Positions 50,600 to 60,336 of a stretch of DNA of 64,000 bases are shown here, in pieces. Below the pieces are notes generated by a model. It made no database searches. It was not told where the DNA came from and saw nothing but the letters and a program-made list of their open reading frames with translations. This DNA comes from a virus, in IMG/VR virus record IMGVR_UViG_3300045988_180880, positions 319,950 to 383,949 of that record; one strand, given 5' to 3'. The position numbers were made by a program, and so were the translations under genes. How positions within the stretch are numbered: the first letter of the stretch is position 1; each line of letters begins with the position of its first letter.

Positions 50600-51965
50600 G
50601 GTTATAAATAAACTTACAAGAGATCAGTCCTTTAATAATCAACAACTAATAAATCTAAGGAAATCTGCAGAACAAAGAGTAGCATTTCTAGAAAATGTTT
50701 TGATTTCTAAAGGTTATCATGAAGACGTTATGGAGATAAGAGAAAAATTTGCTCTCGAAGAATTAAACAATAAGATGATGGTTCGAGAGGAAAAATTACT
50801 AATTCTCCCTAAGTTTGAGCACTTAGTATTAGCAGCACAACAAGAAATAAACCCAGAACCGAATTTTAGTGGTATATATCCCTGGGCAGAATCTTATAAA
50901 ACATTAGATCAGAGGTTCAAGGATACAGTAGACTTAGACCAAACTGAACATTTAATTTGTATAGGTTCAGCAATGGTAGGTTTTGCGGTAGATATGGTAT
51001 TTAGAGGTGGTCCGGAAAAAGTTTCAGGAATTTCGGGAATGATTCAGAGTTTCTTCGATAATAAACTTTCAGAAGAGACAGTGAAAGAACTTGAAAAACA
51101 GGCTAAAGTAACATTTGATCAATCAGTTAACTCTCAGAAATTTGTAGAGAGGGCTGGACATAAGATTAAAGGACTATCACCTAGTCTTCATCATATTACT
51201 GGAGTAGGTCATGATCCTAGTCCCGCCGGTATAGTAACAGGAATAAAAGACACGATGAAAAATACGGCGACTTTTATGGACTCTGGAGAAATTCGAACAA
51301 TAGATATGGAAGGATTTTTTAAAGACGGAAATAAGAGAGTTGCTGAAAAATTAGTAGATGCATTTAATCTAGTAATAAAACATCAACTTTCAGATGTAAA
51401 TGGAACCAGAGGATTACCAGCGCCGTTTACTTTCGTGATTGGATACCTGGAAAATTTCGGCGACTATGGACAATTAATTTTTGGAATAGTTGAGAAAATG
51501 TACCTGGAAGGATATGATTTTAGATATCACCTTTCAACATATCCAGCTGCATTAATAACAGATATCCTAGTAAGAGTATGTTGGGCAATAAAGCTAATAA
51601 ATGAATCTGAAGGTAAATTAACAATAAAGAAAGTAATCCCTATGGTAAATTTAAATACTATAGAAGGATCAAAACTCGGAAGAATGTTATTTTATACTCA
51701 CTTAGAAGCTGTAGCACTTAATACTGGATTTATAGCTGTTACTTTTAAATGTACGGCTGGAAAAAGTTTACTCAAATTTAATTATGGAGAATGGGTTATG
51801 TTAGCAAGATATGGCATAACACAATCTAGATGGTTAATCACAAAGAAATCAAAACTGAGAGATAAATTTAGAGAAGGAAAATTCGAAGAAGCAATGAAGG
51901 ATTTTGAAGAAACTTATAAAGATTTATTTGGAGGTTATATTATTAAAGTAGAAGAGGAGGGTTAA
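50571..51965 (+). CDS. hypothetical protein with hydrophobic segments
   Basis: Listed ORF 50529 starts at a TTG. I prefer ATG 50571, which has SD aggagg 8 nt upstream (MKEFLENSG...). It overlaps the previous gene by 29 nt. Confidence 0.7.
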   Translation: MKEFLENSGKVINKLTRDQSFNNQQLINLRKSAEQRVAFLENVLISKGYHEDVMEIREKFALEELNNKMMVREEKLLILPKFEHLVLAAQQEINPEPNFSGIYPWAESYKTLDQRFKDTVDLDQTEHLICIGSAMVGFAVDMVFRGGPEKVSGISGMIQSFFDNKLSEETVKELEKQAKVTFDQSVNSQKFVERAGHKIKGLSPSLHHITGVGHDPSPAGIVTGIKDTMKNTATFMDSGEIRTIDMEGFFKDGNKRVAEKLVDAFNLVIKHQLSDVNGTRGLPAPFTFVIGYLENFGDYGQLIFGIVEKMYLEGYDFRYHLSTYPAALITDILVRVCWAIKLINESEGKLTIKKVIPMVNLNTIEGSKLGRMLFYTHLEAVALNTGFIAVTFKCTAGKSLLKFNYGEWVMLARYGITQSRWLITKKSKLRDKFREGKFEEAMKDFEETYKDLFGGYIIKVEEEG

Positions 51966-51982
51966 AATTTCCCTCCTTTTTA
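51956..51982 (+). terminator. rho-independent terminator
   Basis: ggaggg/ccctcc stem followed by ttttt. It overlaps the stop codon. Confidence 0.6.
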
Positions 51983-51991
51983 TTCTCCCCT

Positions 51992-52008
51992 CAAAGCCTT
52001 ATTAATGT
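51992..52008 (+). promoter_or_regulatory. promoter-like motif
   Basis: caaagccttattaatgt, 29 nt before ATG 52038. Confidence 0.6.
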
Positions 52009-52037
52009 ATAAATAATTAAATAAAAATTAAAAGATT

Positions 52038-52493
52038 ATGAAAGAAGAACAAGACGAAAAAAAGAAGAAAGGATTAAGTAAGAAAACAGTTAAATTACTG
52101 ATCTTTGGCGGAATTGCAGTATTGGTGATCGGAGGAATTGTGTATAGGTTAAAGACTTCGAAAGGAAAGACGAAGTTGATCAATGAAGGAAAACCGCTAG
52201 ATTACTATTACAGACAATCAGGAAAATATAAACTGGCTCCTCTTACAATGGATACAGGAGTCGGAACATTAAATCTTTCAAACCTAGAGAATACAAACGG
52301 AGACTGTTTTTCTTTAGGTTATATAAAAGATGTAAAACCTCTTGGAGATGCAACAATTGAAGGAGGTGATGTAATTAACGTAGAATCTGGAAAAACTACA
52401 AAAGTGAATCTAACAACAAAAGTAGTATCACTTGCCAGATTATTATGTGGAGCAGAGTTCGTTAAAACAAGTTTTGAAGTAAGAGGACTCTAA
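52038..52493 (+). CDS. membrane-anchored hypothetical protein
   Basis: 151 aa with a Lys-rich N-terminus and then a helix (LLIFGGIAVLVIGGIVY). Confidence 0.65.
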   Translation: MKEEQDEKKKKGLSKKTVKLLIFGGIAVLVIGGIVYRLKTSKGKTKLINEGKPLDYYYRQSGKYKLAPLTMDTGVGTLNLSNLENTNGDCFSLGYIKDVKPLGDATIEGGDVINVESGKTTKVNLTTKVVSLARLLCGAEFVKTSFEVRGL

Positions 52494-52501
52494 TAAAATA
52501 T

Positions 52502-52538
52502 AGAAGATAGGACATTCAAAAATCCTGTCTTCTTTTTT
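52502..52538 (+). terminator. rho-independent terminator
   Basis: 11-bp stem agaagatagga/tcctgtcttct (one G-U pair) followed by ttttt. Confidence 0.65.
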
Positions 52539-52548
52539 CTCCTCCCCG

Positions 52549-52592
52549 AACAAACAAAAAAGAAGAAGATATTTTGATTTATCTTCTTCTTA
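52549..52592 (-). terminator. rho-independent terminator of the leftward operon
   Basis: 12-bp stem aagaagaagata/tatcttcttctt. On the minus strand it is followed by ctttttttgtttg. Confidence 0.65.
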
Positions 52593-52605
52593 ATTTTATT
52601 CTATA

Positions 52606-53418
52606 TTACAGTTCCTTAAGAGCAGCTTTTATTGAACCTTTAATCATCTCTTGAATTCCTTCTTCAGTTGTCATTGCTCCTGATAACGAGAATTTCCAAG
52701 AGTTTCCTTCTCCAGTTCTAACAAAAGTACCAAGAACTAATGCTTTCTTACCAATAAAGTCTGGATTATTGTCGATCTGGAAGTCGGCGAAAGTCTTAAG
52801 TTGATTAATCTTATTACTATCTGTTACTTTCATATCCGAACTATAGATCTTCATAGTCGCCGAAGGAATATGATCGAATACAAGCGCTTTAGGATCTCTT
52901 CCCATGTGCTGATAAATATTCAAAATCACAGCCATATATTTTACTTCCGGCGCAACTTTTCCAAGCTCCATTCGAATTAACTCATTATCACCTTTTGAGT
53001 TATTCTTTCCAGTTAAGTCATCACCAAGTAAACTAGCAACTGAACCATCTTTAGAAATTTGATGTCCGTAATAAACAATATCATACTGTTTCTTAGACTT
53101 ATCAAACATTACAACGCTAGCATCAAGATCAATATCAAGTTGTTTATCAGGTCGGAGTGTTCCAGGATTATCTACTACTTCAGTTTCGATTATCTCTGAT
53201 GGACCTGTACCAAATAGTTTTTGAAAGAAGTTACCTGTCTTAACTGTCTTTCTTTCAACATGAGTCTTTCTTCCAGTTACTCCACCTTTGATTACTGCCG
53301 GAGCCCATCTAAGCCCTACATAAACATAATCAAAGTTTTCACCTTCTGTTTCTTGATTTTTTCTTAGGCTAATTGTTCTTGTACCATTTTTTCTTAAGCT
53401 AATTACTCTTTCTTCCAT
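52606..53418 (-). CDS. TerD-domain protein
   Basis: ISLRKN..ISLRKN start. DIDLDASVVMFDKSKK..VYYGHQISKDGSVASLLGDDLTGKNNSKGDNELIRMELGKV..VKYMAVILNIY matches the classical TerD pattern (DLD...GD.LTG..G.DE.I...L). Confidence 0.7.
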   Translation of the reverse strand: MEERVISLRKNGTRTISLRKNQETEGENFDYVYVGLRWAPAVIKGGVTGRKTHVERKTVKTGNFFQKLFGTGPSEIIETEVVDNPGTLRPDKQLDIDLDASVVMFDKSKKQYDIVYYGHQISKDGSVASLLGDDLTGKNNSKGDNELIRMELGKVAPEVKYMAVILNIYQHMGRDPKALVFDHIPSATMKIYSSDMKVTDSNKINQLKTFADFQIDNNPDFIGKKALVLGTFVRTGEGNSWKFSLSGAMTTEEGIQEMIKGSIKAALKEL

Positions 53419-53424
53419 AATTGT

Positions 53425-53982
53425 TTATATTAAATTAAACTGTTTTAATAATTTCATTTCTAAGTATATCCCGAAATTAGGAGTTGTTTCTGGGTTTATT
53501 AAGATTTCTAGAAGTGTTTCCGGAGTTTCTTTTAAAAAATCTACTTCATCTTTTGAAATAAGACCTTTAAAGAAATCATCCCTAAGAAAATCAGATGTTA
53601 TATATCTTGCATAAGAATTTCTAGATAAAACAACTAGATTATTTCCTAAAGCTTTGTGTGAGTGAAATTCAAACATGAGCATTCTTGAATAATCATTATT
53701 ACAGCATAATGGACCTGCTGCTTTATAAACATTCACAACACTATCACTATATATTCCAGGATGTTTTAAAGATTCTATCGGAAATTGTAAAGAAATCTTA
53801 TCTAGGTTGATATCTTTCAAAAAATCATTATATCTAGCTTCAAACAAATCTCGACGGTCTTTAATTCCCGAGTGATCAGTATTATAATCCATACTCCACT
53901 CAACCTTAAATTCCGGAAAGATTAGATATTGATATATACCTCTAATATTCCCTAAAAAGCATGTATAATGAATCGCCCTCAT
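53425..53982 (-). CDS. hypothetical protein between the TerD genes
   Basis: 185-aa ORF. Its start is coupled to the upstream stop (TAATG). Confidence 0.65.
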   Translation of the reverse strand: MRAIHYTCFLGNIRGIYQYLIFPEFKVEWSMDYNTDHSGIKDRRDLFEARYNDFLKDINLDKISLQFPIESLKHPGIYSDSVVNVYKAAGPLCCNNDYSRMLMFEFHSHKALGNNLVVLSRNSYARYITSDFLRDDFFKGLISKDEVDFLKETPETLLEILINPETTPNFGIYLEMKLLKQFNLI

Positions 53983-54632
53983 TAAATATCTGACTCTTTG
54001 AACTTAAGGCCATATTTTACCAAACTCTTAAATAAAGTTTGGTTAGATCCTTCTCCGAGTGCTTGGAATTCCCATCTGTTTCCTTCAACCCTAGAAAGTT
54101 TCCCGAAGACTAGAGTAGTATCATTCTTATAGTCATCATCTAATTTATACACAAGTTTAGCAATATCTTTTCCATCTTCGTAAGCTCTAACTTCTGCACC
54201 ATCAATCATTTTAAAAGTCTGTTCTCTAGTTCCAGAATCATAGATATTAACCAAAAATAGAATATCAGTTATATTTGGATCAACTTTCTTTGGGTAAATT
54301 AGAACTTCCTCATTACAATAACCATCATCTCCAGATTCATCTTCAGATCCTGTATTATCTCCTCCATACTGTACAGCTTCGAATGGATCTGTTAACATTC
54401 CTTCCGAAGTTTGTAAGATACTAGAATAAAATACTAAATGATCTGGACTAGGACATTTACCCATTTTATTGAGCTCAACAGTAATTAAATCTACGTCGAA
54501 ATCATAATTACTACTTCTAAGAGCTCTAGAATTAGGTTTCCAAACAATTTCTACTTTTAATTTACTCAGACCTTTCTTTAAACTTACTGATCTTTGTTTT
54601 GTTAATGTAATTTCTCTTTCAATTGTTTCCAT
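53982..54632 (-). CDS. TerD-domain protein
   Basis: ITLTKQRSVSLKKG..KVEIVW..DFDVDLITVEL..LVFYSS..GGDNTGSEDESGDDGYCNEEVLIYP..ILFLVNIY follows the TerD pattern. Confidence 0.65.
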   Translation of the reverse strand: METIEREITLTKQRSVSLKKGLSKLKVEIVWKPNSRALRSSNYDFDVDLITVELNKMGKCPSPDHLVFYSSILQTSEGMLTDPFEAVQYGGDNTGSEDESGDDGYCNEEVLIYPKKVDPNITDILFLVNIYDSGTREQTFKMIDGAEVRAYEDGKDIAKLVYKLDDDYKNDTTLVFGKLSRVEGNRWEFQALGEGSNQTLFKSLVKYGLKFKESDI

Positions 54633-54651
54633 TATTGTTTTATTTTTAATT

Positions 54652-54668
54652 ACATTTATAAGAATTTC
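54652..54668 (-). promoter_or_regulatory. promoter-like motif (degenerate)
   Basis: Plus strand reads acatttataagaatttc, ~20 nt upstream of ATG 54632. Confidence 0.35.
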
Positions 54669-54682
54669 AAGGATTTACTATT

Positions 54683-55339
54683 TTAAGCCAAATATTTAAC
54701 TAACTTACCTGCTGGATCTGAATAACCTTTAAGTTGATATAAACAATTTGAGATTATTTTAAATAAATAATCAGTGTTCATATTTATTATCCTCTTCGAA
54801 AAGTCTATTGTGGTTCTAGATATAAGATATAAACCATCCCAGAAATTAATAGATAAGTAATTTAATTGTCCTGTTAAACAAAGAGCAATATACTTAAAAA
54901 ATGATCTATAAGTCTCTGAATCATAAGTAAATCCTCCATTTGATCTTATAGCATTTACATATTTTAATTCTCCGGACTTTTTCATTTTAAGTATATCATT
55001 CTTTAGACTATTTATATAATCTATTGCAGAATCTTCAACATATTTTTCTACAAAATCTGACCCTAATTTATTTTCTATTATATTCCTATCCTCAATTTTT
55101 ATAAATCCATATTGAGGTGAGCCAGGTGGAACAGCTAGTTTTCCTTGAGTTTTAATCTTGTCAAAGAACCCATCTATTTGTGTCATCCAATGTTCTAGGT
55201 CACTGTTTTTATCATCATAGAATTCAATCATTTTGATTATCTCATATCCTATTTCATCATTGTACTTAGATACATAATGTAATGAATCTGCTCTAGTTTC
55301 TGCAAATTCTTTTTGAATTAATTTTCTTTTTATTAACAT
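54683..55339 (-). CDS. leader-family-like protein (MLIKRKLIQKEFAE...)
   Basis: 218-aa ORF. Its N-terminus matches the MIIKRKL..(Q)KEF pattern of the 8-22 kb family. Confidence 0.65.
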   Translation of the reverse strand: MLIKRKLIQKEFAETRADSLHYVSKYNDEIGYEIIKMIEFYDDKNSDLEHWMTQIDGFFDKIKTQGKLAVPPGSPQYGFIKIEDRNIIENKLGSDFVEKYVEDSAIDYINSLKNDILKMKKSGELKYVNAIRSNGGFTYDSETYRSFFKYIALCLTGQLNYLSINFWDGLYLISRTTIDFSKRIINMNTDYLFKIISNCLYQLKGYSDPAGKLVKYLA

Positions 55340-55377
55340 ATATAAAATTAAAAAATAATAAATTGAAGAGAGTAAAC

Positions 55378-55812
55378 TTAATTACTCTCTCTCTTTCTCC
55401 AAATTTCTTCTTGATCTTTCTCAGCTTTTTCTATATCTAAAAATCCTGTTTTCCGATTTATGTATTCTCCCACCTTATGCCCTGTATCTCCAAAAGGATA
55501 ATCTGATAATGTCTTCAATAACCATCTCTTAGCTCTTTTATTCTTAGATATTAATAATAACTTAAGAATTACATTAATATCCTCGGAACAATCCAAAATA
55601 GCACTATCTAATACACGAACACTATAAGCATACATGTCATCCGTCTTTCTTTTAATTTTTAAGAAAATAATGTTAATATAGAATGTTGGAGATTTATCTA
55701 ATTCAGAAATTTCTCTTTCTACTATTTCAATTAGTATCCTTCGATCTTTATAATAATCTTTTGTTTCATATTTCTCAAGATCGCCAAATGTCATTCGTTT
55801 CTTTTTTCTCAT
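55378..55812 (-). CDS. hypothetical protein
   Basis: 144-aa ORF with the promoter-like motif ~19 nt upstream. Confidence 0.65.
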   Translation of the reverse strand: MRKKKRMTFGDLEKYETKDYYKDRRILIEIVEREISELDKSPTFYINIIFLKIKRKTDDMYAYSVRVLDSAILDCSEDINVILKLLLISKNKRAKRWLLKTLSDYPFGDTGHKVGEYINRKTGFLDIEKAEKDQEEIWRKRESN

Positions 55813-55830
55813 AATTTTTTCTATTTTTAT

Positions 55831-55847
55831 TCATCTATAAGGCTTTT
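55831..55847 (-). promoter_or_regulatory. promoter-like motif (variant)
   Basis: Plus strand reads tcatctataaggctttt. Confidence 0.5.
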
Positions 55848-55851
55848 AATG

Positions 55852-57279
55852 TTATTTTCTTTTTAATAATTCATAACCTCTAATCTGCTTTCTAGTTCCA
55901 TCCTCTTTCTTTTCATACATAACTACTGATTTAACGTCAAAATAGTTTTCAATATCACTAGCTTTCGGTGTAGCATCATAATTAATAGAATTATAAAGAT
56001 TTCCAAGTTTTACCTTGAGATCTGATAAACTATACTTCTCTCCAGGATTAAAATTTAAAGTAATAGTATTAATTAATAACTCTTTACTAAACGTTACTAT
56101 TCCAAGTTCTTTTTTAATATAAGTCTTACTATAAGTTAAAGCTTTAAGTTTCTTAGGCCCTAGAGCGAGATAGTAAGATTTAACTTCATCAGAATCAGCT
56201 ATTTGTCCAAGAACTATATTTAATTCAATATCAGATATAAAATTGTATTCACATAACATTTTAAGTTTATCATGCATAGTAGTTAATGTATCATAGATAC
56301 AGAAAAATCTTGTTACATCTCTATTTACTATATCATCAGGAGTAAGTTTGGAATGAACTGAACTAAATACACTAAATCTATCCTTATAATCCACCTGCTG
56401 TATCTGAAAAGCTCTAATCTCATTAACAAGAACTAATTGATTAATAACCGGTTTAAGAATAACATCTCCAGTCTGAGAATTAATAACTTTATTTACAGCT
56501 ATATAATTATCTCTATAATTTGCTGACTTGGCTACATATTGATAAGTTTTTGCTAAATCATATTTATCTTTATCTAAAACAGTGTTATATGCAGATAATA
56601 AACTTTCAGTAGATTTATTTTTGCTATCTATTATATTTTGGAAATCTTCTTTCTTCATTTCTCTATAATCTGCTGTAGTTCGATAATAGAAAGTAGCACT
56701 GTTTTTCCATGGATTTTTCTGAATATCTATCTTATCAGAATAATCCCTAAATAATTCTTCAAAATCATAAGAATCTATATAAGATATCTCAGAATTATAC
56801 TCTTTCTCCCATATCCCTACAGTAAGAGATCTATGAAATTCAGGATTATATAATTCTTCCAATCCCTCTGAAACAGATAACTCCTCTATCTCTTTTAATA
56901 TACTATCTAAGTATTTACTCTTTAATTCCTGTATCCCTGGAACTTCTGATTTTAAATACTCCCTAAATCCTACTATATAATCTTCCTTACTAATTAAATA
57001 CTTATCCTCTAGTGATATCTTCTGAAAATTATCTACTATCTCTTGAGAATAATAAAACCATTCTTTCCTTTTAGGATAACTATATTTATTATATAAAGAG
57101 TGAAAGTAAGATTCTAATTCTGTATTCCCTTCTCTAGTATCTAATAATCTACACTCAGGATTGTGTAAGTAATAAGAGTCTATTCTAGAATTTATATCTT
57201 TTGTATATCCGATCTTCAAGAGATCTAATACCTCCTTCGTATCTTTATTATAGTATGTTGTTTCTATTAAGTATATCAT
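55852..57279 (-). CDS. T5orf172 (GIY-YIG-like) head fused to the helicase-family C-terminal module
   Basis: The N-terminus IYLIETT..LLKIGYTKDINSRIDSYYLHNP..ELESYFH..KEWFYYS matches the T5orf172 pattern (YvI..KIGiT..R...L..p..E..lH..EWF). From NPWKNSATFYYRTTADYREMK onward it is collinear with the C-termini of the 12648 and 58309 products. Confidence 0.7.
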   Translation of the reverse strand: MIYLIETTYYNKDTKEVLDLLKIGYTKDINSRIDSYYLHNPECRLLDTREGNTELESYFHSLYNKYSYPKRKEWFYYSQEIVDNFQKISLEDKYLISKEDYIVGFREYLKSEVPGIQELKSKYLDSILKEIEELSVSEGLEELYNPEFHRSLTVGIWEKEYNSEISYIDSYDFEELFRDYSDKIDIQKNPWKNSATFYYRTTADYREMKKEDFQNIIDSKNKSTESLLSAYNTVLDKDKYDLAKTYQYVAKSANYRDNYIAVNKVINSQTGDVILKPVINQLVLVNEIRAFQIQQVDYKDRFSVFSSVHSKLTPDDIVNRDVTRFFCIYDTLTTMHDKLKMLCEYNFISDIELNIVLGQIADSDEVKSYYLALGPKKLKALTYSKTYIKKELGIVTFSKELLINTITLNFNPGEKYSLSDLKVKLGNLYNSINYDATPKASDIENYFDVKSVVMYEKKEDGTRKQIRGYELLKRK

Positions 57280-57281
57280 AT

Positions 57282-58304
57282 TTATCTTTTTTTAATAATC
57301 TCAAAATAATTTTCTCTTAATTTAGTTATTTTATCTGTTACTTTGCATCTTTTAACCTCAAAATAATTCTCTAAATCTGTTGCCTTAGGAGTAGCGTCAT
57401 AGTTAATACTGGAATATATTTTTCCTAACATGTTTTTTATTTCAGACATTTTTAACTTATCTCCTATCTTAAATTCTGAATATATACTAGATTCTAAAAG
57501 TTCTTGACTAAATGTAACTATTCCTAATTCTTTTTTTATTTTTGTTAAATTATACCCTAATGATTTTAATCTTTTGGGAGTAATAGATAAATAATAAGAC
57601 TTAATTTCATCACTATCATTTATTTGGCCTAATACTATATTAATAGCATTTTGAGATAATTCATACTCACAGAGAAGTTTTAATTTATCATATATAGTAG
57701 TCAATCCCGTATATATTCCTAAAAACTCAGATACTTCCTGATTTACTATATCATCCTTACAATATATTCCAGTCTCCCTAGATTTAACTATTTCTAAGTA
57801 CTTAGAATATAAATCTCTATCTACTAAAGGATCTGTTTTTATATAATCTAATACACTGGATACACAAAACTTATCTCCTAAGGTAGTAATAAGATTTTCT
57901 AGGTAATCTAAGTATTCCGTTTTCGTTAAGAATAAGTATTTTATTATCTCTATTACTTCATTCTTTAGATTAGTAAATTCTATCTCTCTTCTTCTAGGAG
58001 ATTTAGGAAGAGATTCTAAGTCTATATTATCTATATCCTTAAAGAAATTTATTATATCTTCCGAATAATAAAACCATTCATTCCCATATTCATTATATTT
58101 CAGACCTCTAAATTTATACTGTATTCTTTTCTCTATATCTTCTGGGAGATTAGGTATTTCATAGAGAACCTTACATGTAGGATTATGAAGTTTATATAGT
58201 TGAAATCTTTTATCTTTATTATTATCTTCTGTATACCCTATTTTTAGGAGATGAATTAAATTCTCACTCTCGTCATATCCTGCTGACTTAATTAAATATA
58301 TCAT
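57282..58304 (-). CDS. T5orf172 (GIY-YIG-like) head fused to the distal part of the family C-terminal module
   Basis: The N-terminus IYLIKSAGY..LLKIGYTEDNNKDKRFQLYKLHNP..IEKRIQYKF..NEWFYYS. The C-terminal ~150 aa (VNQEVSEFLGIYTGLTTIYDKLKLLCEY...LGIVTF..YDATPKATDLENYF) is near-identical to the 58309 product. Confidence 0.7.
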   Translation of the reverse strand: MIYLIKSAGYDESENLIHLLKIGYTEDNNKDKRFQLYKLHNPTCKVLYEIPNLPEDIEKRIQYKFRGLKYNEYGNEWFYYSEDIINFFKDIDNIDLESLPKSPRRREIEFTNLKNEVIEIIKYLFLTKTEYLDYLENLITTLGDKFCVSSVLDYIKTDPLVDRDLYSKYLEIVKSRETGIYCKDDIVNQEVSEFLGIYTGLTTIYDKLKLLCEYELSQNAINIVLGQINDSDEIKSYYLSITPKRLKSLGYNLTKIKKELGIVTFSQELLESSIYSEFKIGDKLKMSEIKNMLGKIYSSINYDATPKATDLENYFEVKRCKVTDKITKLRENYFEIIKKR

Positions 58305-58308
58305 AATC

Positions 58309-60336
58309 TTATTTTTTACTTATTATATTGTATACTTTTACTATTTTCTTTATCCCATCTATTTCCACCCTAGCAGAAGACTCCTTTACATTGAAATAAT
58401 TTTCTAGGTCCTTTGCTTTAGGAGTCTTATTGTAGCCTATAGAATTATATAAATATTCTAATCTATCCTTTATAATAGATAGTGCTAGTTTATCTCCTAT
58501 TTTAAATTCTGAGTAAATACTAGATTCTAGGAGCTCTTGATTAAAAGTAGCAATTCCCAACTCTTTTTTTATTTTTGTACTATTATAAGATAGTGATCTT
58601 AATCTATCTGGAGATAAAGAAGTATAATAAGACTTAATCTCATCACTATCATTAATTTGTCCTAGTACAACCTGAATAGCATCCTCGGATAAACCATATT
58701 CACATAATAATTTTAATTTATCATATATAGTAGTTAATCCGGTATATACCTTCAGAAACTCAGATACCTCTTGATTTACTATGTCATCTGGTGTAAGTGT
58801 ATTATGAACTGTACTAAATACTGTAAATCTATCTTTATAATCAATTTGTTGTATCTTAAAAGCCCTAATTTCGTTTACTAATACTAAATTATTAGGAACA
58901 GGTTTAAGAATAATATTATCGTCAGGAGTATGAATTTTATTTACTGCTACATAATTTTCTTTATAGTTTGCAGATTTAGCTACATACTGATAATTTTTTG
59001 CTAATGTATATTTAGTATCATTTGGGGCTGAATCAAAAGCTTTTAATAAATTCTCTGTATCTTTCTTCTTAGATTCTATTATTCTCTTAAAATCTTCTGC
59101 TTTCATTTCTCTATAGTTGGCCGTAGATCTATAATAAAAAGTAGCTGAATTCTTCCACGGATTATCAAATAATCTCTGTCTCCCTAGAATCTGTGGTAAG
59201 TCCTCTGAGATATCTACTGCAAGGCTATCTATATTACTATCGCTAAATATAAAACTTCTAGCACATAGACTATAAAAATCTGCCCCTAGATATACAGTCC
59301 TAGTACAGAATGTAAACATCTTAGGCTTTTCTCCTTTCAATGGAACTTCACCTATTTTAAACTTCTTTCCGAGCCTTCTTTGAATTTTCTTAAGGTTATC
59401 TGGAGTATCTGAACATAATATATTACATTGTTCTGGGGTAAGATTATTCTTTTTTACGATAGATGTAATATGATTGACAGAGTTTACATAGAATACAGCC
59501 TCATCTGATACTACTCTAGTAGGAATTCCATTTCTAAGAACTACTATACTTTCAAAATCTCCTGAAAGATATTTTTGAATAACCTCAGAAGCCTTTTCTC
59601 CTACTGCTCTCATTACAAATACATCTAGTTCCGGTTTAATAACTCTCGATGAATCTGCAGATCCCCAATCCAATTCATAGTATGGAAGATCTCTAAATTC
59701 ATCTAACATTTCCAAGTACTCATCCATCATTGGGGTAGCTGATACAAAATATGCAGTAGGAGATTGTTTAAGGTATTCTAAGAATTTAAGTTCTGTATCC
59801 GATTTAAATCTCGAATCGTGAAGTATTGACTGGAACTCATCTACTATAGTATAGAATGTATAAAATCTATCTAGTTTCTCCAGTATATCTTTTACAATTC
59901 GATAGGAATCATAGGTTACTAATATTTTACAGGGTAATCCATTAATACTTCTAGAAGTACAATACTCTTCAATCTCTCGGTATAATCTTTTATAGATTTC
60001 TGAATTATTATCCATAAATTTCTCATCTAGTTCAGCATCTAAATTAGTATTTTTATCAACCTTGGATAGGTCTTTATCTATATTAGATTCTTTATCCATT
60101 TCATTTACTACTAAGTAGACATCAAATTCATGTTGATCCTTTTTATTCTTAAGTAACATCTTTCTAGGACTACATAAGATAACATTCTCTGGTCCACCTA
60201 TACAATACTCTGTAAAACCACATCCAGGAAGTTGTTTATTTATTATACATTTACTAGAGAAATTTGAAAAACAAAAATCCCTCCATTCACCAATATACCT
60301 AATTCCTCTAGGTACTATAATATTAAATTTTTCCAT
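58309..60336 (-). CDS. SF2 helicase-like protein with lysine-less P-loop, inverted paralog of 12648..14720
   Basis: It has the same motifs as the 12648 product: LPGCGFTE at 60208-60228, DEFQ, SATP, TRTVYLGADF and QILGRQR. Long identical peptide runs with 12648. Confidence 0.75.
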   Translation of the reverse strand: MEKFNIIVPRGIRYIGEWRDFCFSNFSSKCIINKQLPGCGFTEYCIGGPENVILCSPRKMLLKNKKDQHEFDVYLVVNEMDKESNIDKDLSKVDKNTNLDAELDEKFMDNNSEIYKRLYREIEEYCTSRSINGLPCKILVTYDSYRIVKDILEKLDRFYTFYTIVDEFQSILHDSRFKSDTELKFLEYLKQSPTAYFVSATPMMDEYLEMLDEFRDLPYYELDWGSADSSRVIKPELDVFVMRAVGEKASEVIQKYLSGDFESIVVLRNGIPTRVVSDEAVFYVNSVNHITSIVKKNNLTPEQCNILCSDTPDNLKKIQRRLGKKFKIGEVPLKGEKPKMFTFCTRTVYLGADFYSLCARSFIFSDSNIDSLAVDISEDLPQILGRQRLFDNPWKNSATFYYRSTANYREMKAEDFKRIIESKKKDTENLLKAFDSAPNDTKYTLAKNYQYVAKSANYKENYVAVNKIHTPDDNIILKPVPNNLVLVNEIRAFKIQQIDYKDRFTVFSTVHNTLTPDDIVNQEVSEFLKVYTGLTTIYDKLKLLCEYGLSEDAIQVVLGQINDSDEIKSYYTSLSPDRLRSLSYNSTKIKKELGIATFNQELLESSIYSEFKIGDKLALSIIKDRLEYLYNSIGYNKTPKAKDLENYFNVKESSARVEIDGIKKIVKVYNIISKK

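Noticed and set aside
12648-60336. The inverted helicase-like paralogs as substrates for inversion of the 44-kb segment between them.
   Set aside because: Nucleotide identity in the best-conserved stretch is only about 83% by hand count, with differences at nearly every second codon. There is therefore no long identical tract for homologous recombination. No recombinase or invertase gene is seen in the window.
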